Shown: piece after piece, positions 38,717-47,112 of the stretch
How positions within the stretch are numbered: the stretch's first letter is position 1
Layout: every line of letters begins with the position of its first letter
DNA from: Planctomycetota bacterium
Lineage (GTDB): Bacteria > Planctomycetota > B15-G4
Length of the DNA: 64,000 nucleotides
Direction of reading: 5' to 3'
Assembly (NCBI GenBank): GCA_965248575.1
Contig: CBDFJQ010000002.1
Coordinates: forward strand, 512,001-576,000
Program-made: the position numbers and the translations under genes
The notes under the pieces: model-generated
Database searches by the model: none
The model's input: the letters and a program-made list of their open reading frames with translations, nothing else
What the model was told of the DNA's origin: nothing

Positions 38717-39607
38717 CTAGGTGGGCTCGGAATCGCCCTTGCCACGCATGGTGACGGCGAGGACCAAGGCAATCAGCACCGCCAGCAGGATCGGTGGCGA
38801 GAGGACCGACAAGCCGAAGAGCGAGTAGTCCGGCGTGTTGAATCCACCCAGGGTGTCGACCCGCTCGATGAGCAGGGCATAACGCCCCAGCACCGTGAAG
38901 CCGAACATGCTGCCGAAGGTGATCATCAGCACCACGATGCCGACCCGGGACATGCCGCCGAGGATGGGCGTGCGCTTGTAGGTGAAGATGAAGTGGGACA
39001 GGGCGCAGATCAGGCCCACCACCAGCACCGTGTTGGCAAAGGTGTAGAAGACCTGGGTCTGCTCGATGAACTCCCAGTTGTCGCCCCAGGCCGCCTTGGT
39101 GGGGTCCGTGAGGGGCTTCATGGCGCCTGACACCTGCTGCACGAGCTTGCTCTGCGTCTCGCCCGTGAGCTTCAGCGCGGCATAGACGCCCACCATGATG
39201 GCTAGCGGCCAGCGCGGCGCCCAACTGTTGGGGAACACCATGCGCGAGAGCAGGAACAGGCTGAACAGCACGGCCACGCTGCGAAAGATGATGGCCAGGG
39301 TCGGGTCGACCCCATGCCCACCGAGCATCATGAGCTCACCTGCCGGGAGTTCCATGGCGTGCTTGATGTGATCGCGGAGCGGTTCGAGGATGCCCTCGTT
39401 GTAGTACTGCAAGGCGAAGAATGCCGTGCCAGCGCCCACGAAGGTGTGTTCTGCCACCTTGTAGAAGGGGTTGTCCTTGTACAGGAAGCTGAACACGGAG
39501 AGCGTGAAGAAGCAGATCAGCCAGCCACCCAGGATGTCCATCTCGCCGTTCATGGAGAAGAACATCGGCGCGGCGGCGTCTTGCACGGCAAGCACGGGGT
39601 TGATCAC
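38717..39607 (-). CDS. Polytopic membrane protein of the GlmL/DUF6754 cluster
   Basis: FSFLYKDNPFYKVAEHTFVG motif; about 7-8 TM; overlaps the upstream stop. Confidence 0.8.
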   Translation of the reverse strand: MINPVLAVQDAAAPMFFSMNGEMDILGGWLICFFTLSVFSFLYKDNPFYKVAEHTFVGAGTAFFALQYYNEGILEPLRDHIKHAMELPAGELMMLGGHGVDPTLAIIFRSVAVLFSLFLLSRMVFPNSWAPRWPLAIMVGVYAALKLTGETQSKLVQQVSGAMKPLTDPTKAAWGDNWEFIEQTQVFYTFANTVLVVGLICALSHFIFTYKRTPILGGMSRVGIVVLMITFGSMFGFTVLGRYALLIERVDTLGGFNTPDYSLFGLSVLSPPILLAVLIALVLAVTMRGKGDSEPT

Positions 39608-40461
39608 GCGGTCGCCTCCCTGCGGCCCAGGAAGTAGAGCAGGTTGCCGTAGAAGATCAGGCCGATGATCAGCAGGTGGGCCCAGGTCTGGATCAACATG
39701 CGCTTCTGATTGGTGGACGTGGTTTCGGCCAACTCAGGCACGGTCGCTCCCACCAGCTGCAGATACATGGTGGCGCCCGTCGCAGCACCCAGGAAGCCAT
39801 TCAGCTGCGAGGGGTAGTACGCGAACAGGTCAGGCGTCTGCACAGCCGTGGTGCCCGCCAGGATCGGGATCTGGTAGCGGCCGCCAGCCTGGGCGATCCA
39901 CTCCAGGATGCCCGGGTAGCCGGCGCTCATGGTGATCAAGAGGCTGATGCCCTGGAAGCTGTCGCTCACATCCTCGAGCAGGGGCAGCTCGCTGAGGGGC
40001 GTGCCGTCACGATCATCCTCGATGTAGGCGGACGTGACCGACTGCCCGATCTGTCCCATGGCCACGTCGTCGCCCGGCTTGAACCCGAGCTCAACCCAGT
40101 CGATGCCGTAGACCTTGCCGTAGACCGGGGCCGTGACTTCGAATTCCTTGCGCGTGTAGGGCGGTGCTGCCGGCCAGGTGGAGACATTGACCACCCGGAT
40201 GTTGCGCTTGAGCAGGTGATGGATGGTGGCCTGGTACATGGGCAGCAGTTCGGCCGCACTGGCGGGGTCGAAGTCTGCCGAGAGCATCACGATGCTGCCC
40301 TCTTCCAGGGACTCGATCGTGTCGTAGTAGCTCTGCACGTACTGGTTGATGGGCATCTTGGAGGCGAGGCCCAGTGCGTAGAGCACCACCACGAGGATGC
40401 TGATGACGAGGAAAATCCAGCGCCGATCCAGATCGAGAGCTTTGTCGAGTCGTTGGGCCAT
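39604..40461 (-). CDS. Membrane protein (TM, soluble alpha/beta domain, TM) of the GlmL/DUF6754 cluster
   Basis: DRRWIFL N-terminal TM; SADFDPASAAEL.P; YGIDWVELGFKPG; C-terminal AHLLIIGLIFYGN. Confidence 0.8.
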   Translation of the reverse strand: MAQRLDKALDLDRRWIFLVISILVVVLYALGLASKMPINQYVQSYYDTIESLEEGSIVMLSADFDPASAAELLPMYQATIHHLLKRNIRVVNVSTWPAAPPYTRKEFEVTAPVYGKVYGIDWVELGFKPGDDVAMGQIGQSVTSAYIEDDRDGTPLSELPLLEDVSDSFQGISLLITMSAGYPGILEWIAQAGGRYQIPILAGTTAVQTPDLFAYYPSQLNGFLGAATGATMYLQLVGATVPELAETTSTNQKRMLIQTWAHLLIIGLIFYGNLLYFLGRREATA

Positions 40462-40463
40462 GG

Positions 40464-41120
40464 TTATTCGCTGAGGTAGCTACGCTCGATTCCGAGGATG
40501 ATGCGCAGGCCGGTGGCCAAGGTGCCGAGGGCGGCACCCATGATGATGGCCTTCTGCCCAGCGCCGTTGACGTAGACCATCAAGAAGGCTTGCAGCCGCA
40601 CGGAGGTTTCACCGATCCACTCGTTGAACGGGAAGAACTCGGGGATAGGCACCTGGCCGATCATGACCAGCGCGCCTGCCGTGAGCAGCAGGGTGGCCTC
40701 CAGCGACCGGGCGCGAAAGGCACGGAAGGCGGCGGAGGCGATGTAGAACGCCAACAGGCTGAACATGGTGGCCTGGAGCGGCATGAAGATGCGCTCGTAG
40801 ATCCAGTCGCGGCGGAACTGCTCCCCTTCGGCAATGCCGAAGAAGCCATGGATCTCGGAGATACCGATGGCCAGGTAGCCGAAGAGCACGACCAGCAGCA
40901 AGGCCTTGTAGGGCCAGTCCTCGTGACGCGAGCTGATCTGTTTCAGGCTGATGCGCACCAGATTGCTGATGCCGAGCAAGAAGGCCACACTGAAGAACAC
41001 CGTGCCCCAGGCGAGCAGCTCATCGTTGACGGCTCGGGAGACCGGCGCCGGGGAGAAGAACGACCACGTGATCGCCAGCCCGCACAGGATGACCAGAAGA
41101 ATGGGGATCTCGCGCTTCAC
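40464..41120 (-). CDS. Polytopic membrane protein of the GlmL/DUF6754 cluster
   Basis: PLQATMFSLLAFYIASAAFRAFRARS.EA and LRIILGIERSY; about 6 TM. Confidence 0.8.
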   Translation of the reverse strand: MKREIPILLVILCGLAITWSFFSPAPVSRAVNDELLAWGTVFFSVAFLLGISNLVRISLKQISSRHEDWPYKALLLVVLFGYLAIGISEIHGFFGIAEGEQFRRDWIYERIFMPLQATMFSLLAFYIASAAFRAFRARSLEATLLLTAGALVMIGQVPIPEFFPFNEWIGETSVRLQAFLMVYVNGAGQKAIIMGAALGTLATGLRIILGIERSYLSE

Positions 41121-41132
41121 GTCTGCGTTCGC

Positions 41133-42104
41133 CTAGTTGTTCTGGGGCTGGAAGAGGTGCAGGAAGTCGTGGAACAGCGTGTCGGTTGCACCCGCGAAGA
41201 TTTCCGCCGAGAAGTAAGTGGCCAAGGAGACACCGATCACGAGGCACAGGATGGCCAACATCTTGGTGAAGTCCGCCGCGCGAATGGTACCCAGCAGCCC
41301 TGGCTCACGGGTCAGGTAGGCCGTCACCGCGAAGTACTCCTCGCCGATGATCGTGTAGTCACAGGCCGCCACGAAGAAGGGCAGCTGGTGCTGCTTGGCC
41401 GTGCCAGCCACCTGGATGGCTCCTGTGGAGAAGCCCGTCTCCGCGAGGATCAACGACTCGGCGAAGAACATGCCCAGCATGATGTTCGCGGCAGGCTTCT
41501 CGCGGTTCATGATGCCGGCCACGCCCGCGCAGTAGGCGAACTGCTCGTTGGACAGATAGCGCACGTTGTCGGCGATGAAGGCGTCGGGGCGGCCCGCGTC
41601 GAGGCAGCCCTGCTTCACGGCTTCCTCGGCGAAGGTCATGACCACCGAGTCCTTCACGGGCACGATCAGCGGTGTGCCGTACTCGGCCGTCTTCTTGGCC
41701 ACGTGCCGCAGGATCATCATCGAGTAGATCGTCTGGATCTCTTTGATCTCGTCGATGCCGGGCACATAGAGCACTGGGCGGCCCATTTCGGTGGAGCGCC
41801 CGATGGCCTCGTCCAGGGCATCCAGGCCCGCGATGCGCCGGATGGGGATGTCCTTGCCGCTCTTGGCCTGGGCTTGGGCCACGAACATGACGACGCCGAA
41901 GAAGAGCACGGCCACGAGGGTCGAGATCTTTTCGTCTTCAACGACGAATGCGCCAGCCCAGCCGTTTTCCGGCCCTGAAGCAGGGGCCGCATCCTGGATG
42001 GCCAGCGTCAGGGCGCCCAGCTTTGCCGAACCAGCCCACCAGGCAGTGCCAAGCGCGGCGCCAGCTACGTCGAACAGCGGAGCGAGGGCGACGGAAAGGG
42101 CCAT
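41133..42104 (-). CDS. DUF6754-like membrane protein
   Basis: IRRIAGLDALDEAIGRSTEMGRPV, QFAY..GV.G...REKP, FFAESLILAE, QLPFFVAACDYTIIGEE. ATG overlaps the upstream TGA. Confidence 0.8.
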   Translation of the reverse strand: MALSVALAPLFDVAGAALGTAWWAGSAKLGALTLAIQDAAPASGPENGWAGAFVVEDEKISTLVAVLFFGVVMFVAQAQAKSGKDIPIRRIAGLDALDEAIGRSTEMGRPVLYVPGIDEIKEIQTIYSMMILRHVAKKTAEYGTPLIVPVKDSVVMTFAEEAVKQGCLDAGRPDAFIADNVRYLSNEQFAYCAGVAGIMNREKPAANIMLGMFFAESLILAETGFSTGAIQVAGTAKQHQLPFFVAACDYTIIGEEYFAVTAYLTREPGLLGTIRAADFTKMLAILCLVIGVSLATYFSAEIFAGATDTLFHDFLHLFQPQNN

Positions 42105-43228
42105 CAAAGCCGTTCGTCCACCAGCTCAACGTTCGCGCGGGGAAGGGTCACGTGTTCTCCATCCTTGAGGGCGACCGTGAGGATACGCACCTTCGCCTCA
42201 GTGTCCAGCTTATGGGGTTCTGCAGGCAGATCCGTCACGCGCCCGAGCTCGCCAAAGTGGGGGTCCCGGATGATGCGCACCGTGCTGTTGACGTGCATCA
42301 TGCCGGTATCCACCTCCGTCTGCTCGATCTGATGGATCTCGGACGGAATCAGGACCTCGGGCCGCATCACGCCAGCACGGATCTGGGTAGCGCCGCTGAC
42401 CGATGCCGTCATGCCGGCCCGCTCGCTGAGCAGGCGGTGGGTCTTGCCGGACATGACCAGGGGACCGAAGCCCTCGGTCACCACCAGGGTCAGCCCCACG
42501 GTCTCGCTCCCCGTGATGGCCACGCCAAGGTCGTAGCCCAGCAGTTCCTTGAGGTCAGCCGCGTCGATGCCGCCCACGATGAGCGCCTTGACGCCGACCG
42601 CAATGCAGGCTTTCAGGGTGGCGAGACTGGCCAGGGAGCCACCCACGACGATGGCGTCCTTGAACTCCGGTTTGATCTCACCCGGTGAGAGCTGCTGGGT
42701 GGGGTCATCGCAGGCCATGACGATGGGGCCGCTGACCTCGGGGCCGATGCCGAAGATGCCCTGGACCATGGTGCCGCGCGAGTCCACGTGCACGCCGAAG
42801 GTGTCCTCCACATGGCTCACGATGCCACCGACGTAGGCCTTGACCTCGACCGGGATGGGGGCCTCGCGGAAGATGGCTTGGCCCGACACCTTGGACACCG
42901 ACTCGAAGGTGCCGGTGGTGGGGGCGCCCACCGTCTGCTTCATGAAGCCGAAGATGCCCTTGCTCTGGGCCACCGGCTGGTCCTTCTCGACGGAGGCGCC
43001 CTCCTGGACGAGCAGCAGCTCTCCCAGGTCAGCGGCCGCGACCCCGAGCTGACGGCCGATGTTGCTGGTGACCACGTTGCCCGGCAGCATCGCGCGAGCC
43101 ACGACCGTATCGGGCTCAACCGTGTCTCCCTGCTTCACCAGCACTTCGCCGGGGATGGGCAGGATGCGGTCGCGAACGAATTCGGCCGCATCGGAGACCT
43201 TGAGTCCTGGTGTGTAGGCGTGTCCCAT
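42104..43228 (-). CDS. Soluble partner protein with two hybrid-motif-like segments, a Gly-rich alpha/beta core and a C-terminal KOW/SH3-like segment
   Basis: AYTPGLKV; VLVKQGDTV and LLVQEGASV; QGIFGIG; TEGFG; GATQIRAGVMRPE; VRIIRDPHFGELGRV...PRANVE. ATG at 43228. Confidence 0.8.
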   Translation of the reverse strand: MGHAYTPGLKVSDAAEFVRDRILPIPGEVLVKQGDTVEPDTVVARAMLPGNVVTSNIGRQLGVAAADLGELLLVQEGASVEKDQPVAQSKGIFGFMKQTVGAPTTGTFESVSKVSGQAIFREAPIPVEVKAYVGGIVSHVEDTFGVHVDSRGTMVQGIFGIGPEVSGPIVMACDDPTQQLSPGEIKPEFKDAIVVGGSLASLATLKACIAVGVKALIVGGIDAADLKELLGYDLGVAITGSETVGLTLVVTEGFGPLVMSGKTHRLLSERAGMTASVSGATQIRAGVMRPEVLIPSEIHQIEQTEVDTGMMHVNSTVRIIRDPHFGELGRVTDLPAEPHKLDTEAKVRILTVALKDGEHVTLPRANVELVDERL

Positions 43229-43233
43229 GCGTA

Positions 43234-45033
43234 TCAGGCCTTCCGGGGGTAGAGGTCGAGGCTTTCGATCCACTGTTCGATGCTGGCCACGCGCTCTGCG
43301 GGAGTGGTCGGCAGGTTGAGGGGGCGGCCGCGGCCGTCGATGAGCACGCCCACCTCGCCTCCCTCGACGGTCTTCTCCACCGGTTGGCCAGGGCCGGCGC
43401 CCATGTCGACGCCCTTCGCGGGTGACACCCGGCAGCGCGCGGTTTCACCGGCGCCCAAGGGCACGCGCAGCAGGTCTCCCGCTGCGATGCTGAGTTCCTT
43501 CTTCCCCTCGGGGAGGTCGAGGCTTACCTGCGCCAAGGGCTTGCCACCCTTCGTCTTTCCAACGGGCGCGATGCAAACGCCCAGGATGACGAGGCAGTCG
43601 CGCTCAAAGACCTCGGTCGCCGCTTCGGGCTGTTCCGTGGAGAGCACGCCGAGTTGGGGCATCATGAAGATGCTGTCCACCGCCAGGGTCGTGATACCCA
43701 TGGGCTGGAAGCTGTCGACGAGCATGAGGGCTGCCTGCACACGGCGTGGGGCGTGGCTCAGGACGCCGCCCGACCCCACGATCAGGTCCAACGCCATCAT
43801 GTCCACGATGGTGTTGCCCGAGCCGCTCTGTGCGAATGCCTCGGAGATGTCGCGGCTCTTGCGCACACCCTTGAGTTCGGTGGCGAACTCCTTGTGCTGG
43901 ATCAGCGAGAGTCGCAGGGCCTCGCGGGCCAGGGCCTGCTCCACCTGCAGGTCGCGCAGCAGGGAGGGGATCGTGGTGGGGCGCACCATCTTGTTCTTGA
44001 TGCGGTTGCGAAGCTCTCCTTCGTCGATGTCGAAGGGCACCCAGCGCAGAACGTTCTCCAGCCCGGCAGAGGCCATGACATTGCTGATCGAGTAGCTCAT
44101 GCCCAGGTTGGCGGACACGGTCCGGTTGAACGTACCGTTGAACACGCTGAAGACGTCGGTCGTGGCTCCGCCGATGTCCACGCCGATGACCGAGATGTCG
44201 CGCTGCTTGGCGATGGTCTGGATGATCAGTCCCACCGCGCCCGGTGTGGGCATGACCGGTGCCGAGGTCCAGCTCTTGAGCTTGTCGTAGCCGGGCGCCT
44301 GGGCCATGACGTGTTCCATGAACAGGTCGTGGATTTCGTCGCGGGCGGGGTCGAGGTTTTCCTCGTCGAGGGTGGGGCGCAAGTTGTCGACGATGGCCAG
44401 GGCCGTCTTCTCGCCGATGGCTTCCCTGACCGCATCCCGCGCTCCGGTGTTGCCGGCGTAGACCACGGGCAGTTCGTAGCTGGAACCGAGTCGCGGCTTC
44501 GGGTCCGCGGCGCCGATCAACTCCGCCAGCTCGGCGACATGGCTGGTGGTGCCTCCATCCACACCTCCCGAGAGCAGGATCATGTCGGGTCTCAGGTGCC
44601 GGATGCGCGCGATCTGCTCGTGGGGCTGGCGTTTGTCATTGCTCGAGATGGTGTCCATGACGATGGCACCGGCACCCAAGGCGGCACGCTCGGCTGACTC
44701 CGCTGTCATGGAACGCACGACGCCGGCCACCAGCATTTGCAGACCACCGCCTGCGCTGGAGGTGGAGAGATACAGGTCCACGCCCGCGTCGCCCTTCTGC
44801 GGCACCATGATCAGTCCGTCTTCGCCGATGATGGGCCGGCCAGCGATTTCCTGGACCTCCGTGACGGCGTTCACCACACCCACGGTCACGTCGTCGAAGG
44901 GCTTCTCCACCGTGGTCGGTGCCTCACCTCGAACGCTCAAGCGATAGCCCTCGTCCGTGAGCTCGATGAGGATCGCCTTCGTGGTCGTGCTGCCACAGTC
45001 GGTGGCGAGGATGGAACGTATCTTCTGGGTCAC
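43234..45033 (-). CDS. GlmL/MutL-family (glutamate mutase L-like) ASKHA ATPase with C-terminal extension
   Basis: Phosphate-1 TDCGSTTTK, STSSAGGGL, LLSGGVDGG, MPTPGAV, phosphate-2 VDIGGATTDVFS, IVGSGGVLSH; AAGGA before the GTG start. Confidence 0.85.
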   Translation of the reverse strand: MTQKIRSILATDCGSTTTKAILIELTDEGYRLSVRGEAPTTVEKPFDDVTVGVVNAVTEVQEIAGRPIIGEDGLIMVPQKGDAGVDLYLSTSSAGGGLQMLVAGVVRSMTAESAERAALGAGAIVMDTISSNDKRQPHEQIARIRHLRPDMILLSGGVDGGTTSHVAELAELIGAADPKPRLGSSYELPVVYAGNTGARDAVREAIGEKTALAIVDNLRPTLDEENLDPARDEIHDLFMEHVMAQAPGYDKLKSWTSAPVMPTPGAVGLIIQTIAKQRDISVIGVDIGGATTDVFSVFNGTFNRTVSANLGMSYSISNVMASAGLENVLRWVPFDIDEGELRNRIKNKMVRPTTIPSLLRDLQVEQALAREALRLSLIQHKEFATELKGVRKSRDISEAFAQSGSGNTIVDMMALDLIVGSGGVLSHAPRRVQAALMLVDSFQPMGITTLAVDSIFMMPQLGVLSTEQPEAATEVFERDCLVILGVCIAPVGKTKGGKPLAQVSLDLPEGKKELSIAAGDLLRVPLGAGETARCRVSPAKGVDMGAGPGQPVEKTVEGGEVGVLIDGRGRPLNLPTTPAERVASIEQWIESLDLYPRKA

Positions 45034-45158
45034 GGGCTGTTCCTTCGGATCGGTGCAGTTGTGTTCGCGGGGCGTGCGACGGGCGTCGGTGCCGGTGTTG
45101 GGCTGCCTTGGGAGCTACGGGGAGAGCTGTGAGGGTGCGCGGAGACCAGAGCGGCTGT

Positions 45159-45515
45159 CTAGGAGGACTTGGACTTCAGGCGCTTCTTCTCGAGCTTCGC
45201 CTCGCGCTTGCGTTGCTTGGCCAACCCTCGCTGCGCCTTCTCGTGGAGGCGGCGATCCTCCTCGGCGTCATCGATGGTGCGGATCAGGGCTGGAATGGTC
45301 TCACGCCGTTCGAGCATGGCCGCGACCTGTCGCAGCCGCGCCTCGGGCAAGGCGATGCCCCAGATGGGCGTGATCATGTGCAGCATGGAGGAGGTCAGGG
45401 TGTTCATCGGGCTCACGGTCTCGAGGAACATCATCGCAGGCACCGCCAGCCGACGCTTGACGACCGCCACGGCGGCCTCCTGCATGAGTTCTTCGTCTTC
45501 CTTCGAGATGGGCAT
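45159..45515 (-). CDS. Small helical hypothetical protein (118 aa)
   Basis: MPISKEDEEL...VVKRRLAVPAMMFLETVSPMN; TGATG coupling to the upstream gene; GGAGG upstream. Confidence 0.72.
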   Translation of the reverse strand: MPISKEDEELMQEAAVAVVKRRLAVPAMMFLETVSPMNTLTSSMLHMITPIWGIALPEARLRQVAAMLERRETIPALIRTIDDAEEDRRLHEKAQRGLAKQRKREAKLEKKRLKSKSS

Positions 45516-46072
45516 CACGTGCCCTCCACGGCGCGATCGGCGAAGGTCAGGACGGCGTCGCGGGAGCAGGGGGGGCGGGCAGGGTCCGGCCTCTGGCTCG
45601 CCGTGCGCAGGAAGAGGCCCGTGTCGCGCACGAAGCGTGACCTGGAGTGGAGAGTCGAGAGGTAGACCCCGAAGCGGGCGGAACTCACCTTGCGGACTTC
45701 TTGCCAGAGCAACAGCCGGGCTGCGCAAAGCGGCCCGTCTTCCCGGGCCCCTGCCGCATCCAGGGTGTAGCGCCTGGGGAGGAACCAGCTGCGCAGGCTC
45801 AAAGCCAACATCAGGAACGCCAGCACCCCCAGAATGGCCGACCCGCTGAACTCGAAGCACAAAACGCTCGCGATGGTCAGCACGCCCACCAGCAGCGCAG
45901 CCTTGAGGGGGTCTGCGGCAGCGGGATGCACGGTCCAGCTGAGGGCCGGCTCCTCGCGGACCACAGGGGGTGGGCTCTTCGAGCTGGACGAGATTTCCGC
46001 ATCTCCCCGGCTCCCCAGAGGGGGAGCCCGATTCAGCACCTGGGCGACGTTTTGTGCGGGACCCGCGCTCAT
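45515..46072 (-). CDS. Two-TM membrane protein with a PH-like C-terminal domain
   Basis: LSWTVHP, two TM, FLPRRYTLDAAG, W.EVRKV, GVYLST. Start uncertain. Confidence 0.65.
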   Translation of the reverse strand: MSAGPAQNVAQVLNRAPPLGSRGDAEISSSSKSPPPVVREEPALSWTVHPAAADPLKAALLVGVLTIASVLCFEFSGSAILGVLAFLMLALSLRSWFLPRRYTLDAAGAREDGPLCAARLLLWQEVRKVSSARFGVYLSTLHSRSRFVRDTGLFLRTASQRPDPARPPCSRDAVLTFADRAVEGT

Positions 46073-46282
46073 GGGCGCATCCGTGGGACAAGGGGCGCAC
46101 ATCCTACAAGGCGCGGGGGAGGCGGCCAAGGTGGGCGGGGCGAAGACCGGGGTGTGGGGAGCTGGAGAGTATGGTCCGAAGCGGATGAACGGCCCGCCAT
46201 CGACCGATCAGAGGCATGGGGAATCGGACAGCGGCTTGCAACGCCTGGGATCCTCGGAGGATCATGCCTCGGTGAGCACGCC

Positions 46283-47092
46283 TTGCTGAGCCTGACCGTC
46301 TGCATCATGACTCGCGACGAGGAGCGGAATCTGCCCCGCTGCCTCGCGTCCCTTCGTGCGTTGGGGGCCTCCCAGCCGGGCGAGGGTTCGGGCCTCTCCG
46401 ACCAGGCTGTCGAAGTCATCGTGCTGGACTCGCACAGCCAGGACCGCACGCGCGAGCTGGCCGAAGAGGCCGGGGCCGTCGTGCTCGAGGAGGACTGGCG
46501 TGGCATGAACGGCCAGCGCGCCCGTTGTCTCGAACTGGGCAGCGGGGATTGGGTGCTGTGCCTGGATGCAGATGAGTGGCTGGAGCCCGAGCTGGCCCGC
46601 TCTCTCGCACGCGCGCTGGTCGAGGCCGAGCCCGGTGTAGACGGCTTCGAGCTGAACCGGCGGACGCTCTATCTGGGGGGCTGGATCGACCACTGCGGGT
46701 GGTCGCCTGAGTGGCGCTTGCGCTTGGTCCGTCGCGCTCGCGGGTGCTGTACGGGAACCGATCCGCACGACCGTATCAAGGTCGCGGGCGCTGTGCTTCG
46801 TCTGGACTTGGGGCGTTTGAACCACGAGCCCTACCGGAGTCTGGCGGCTCATGTGGGCAAGGTGAATCGCTACACCGATGAGATGGCCCAACAGCGCGTG
46901 GCCCGTGGCGAAGACGGTTCGGTCTTCAAGCTCTGGACCCGACCGGTCGGCCGCTTCTTGCGTATGTACGTGCTGCGTGCGGGCTGGCGGGACGGCTGGC
47001 GCGGCCTGGTGCTGTCAGCTGTCGGTGGCTTCTATGTGTTCCTGAAGTACGCCAAGCTGCGCGAACTGAACCGGCGAGAGCCCGCTTCCTGA
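46283..47092 (+). CDS. Glycosyltransferase family 2 (KdtX/WaaE-like)
   Basis: LTVCIMTRDEERNLPRCL, LDSHSQDRT, WVLCLDADE, GWRDGWRG, FLKYAKL. Likely TTG start at 46283. Confidence 0.88.
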   Translation: MLSLTVCIMTRDEERNLPRCLASLRALGASQPGEGSGLSDQAVEVIVLDSHSQDRTRELAEEAGAVVLEEDWRGMNGQRARCLELGSGDWVLCLDADEWLEPELARSLARALVEAEPGVDGFELNRRTLYLGGWIDHCGWSPEWRLRLVRRARGCCTGTDPHDRIKVAGAVLRLDLGRLNHEPYRSLAAHVGKVNRYTDEMAQQRVARGEDGSVFKLWTRPVGRFLRMYVLRAGWRDGWRGLVLSAVGGFYVFLKYAKLRELNRREPAS

Positions 47093-47112
47093 GCCTGCTT
47101 GACGCGGGTTTG

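Noticed and set aside
43234..45033. DNA mismatch repair MutL, or a complete glutamate mutase locus
   Set aside because: The motifs are ASKHA rather than GHKL, and no mutase subunits occur in the window.
45647..46282. N-terminal extensions called for the GT2 gene (and likewise for ltaE, CRTAC1, fdx and hydrolase paralogs 2 and 3)
   Set aside because: Family similarity or signal peptides start at downstream codons, and several extensions overlap opposite-strand genes.
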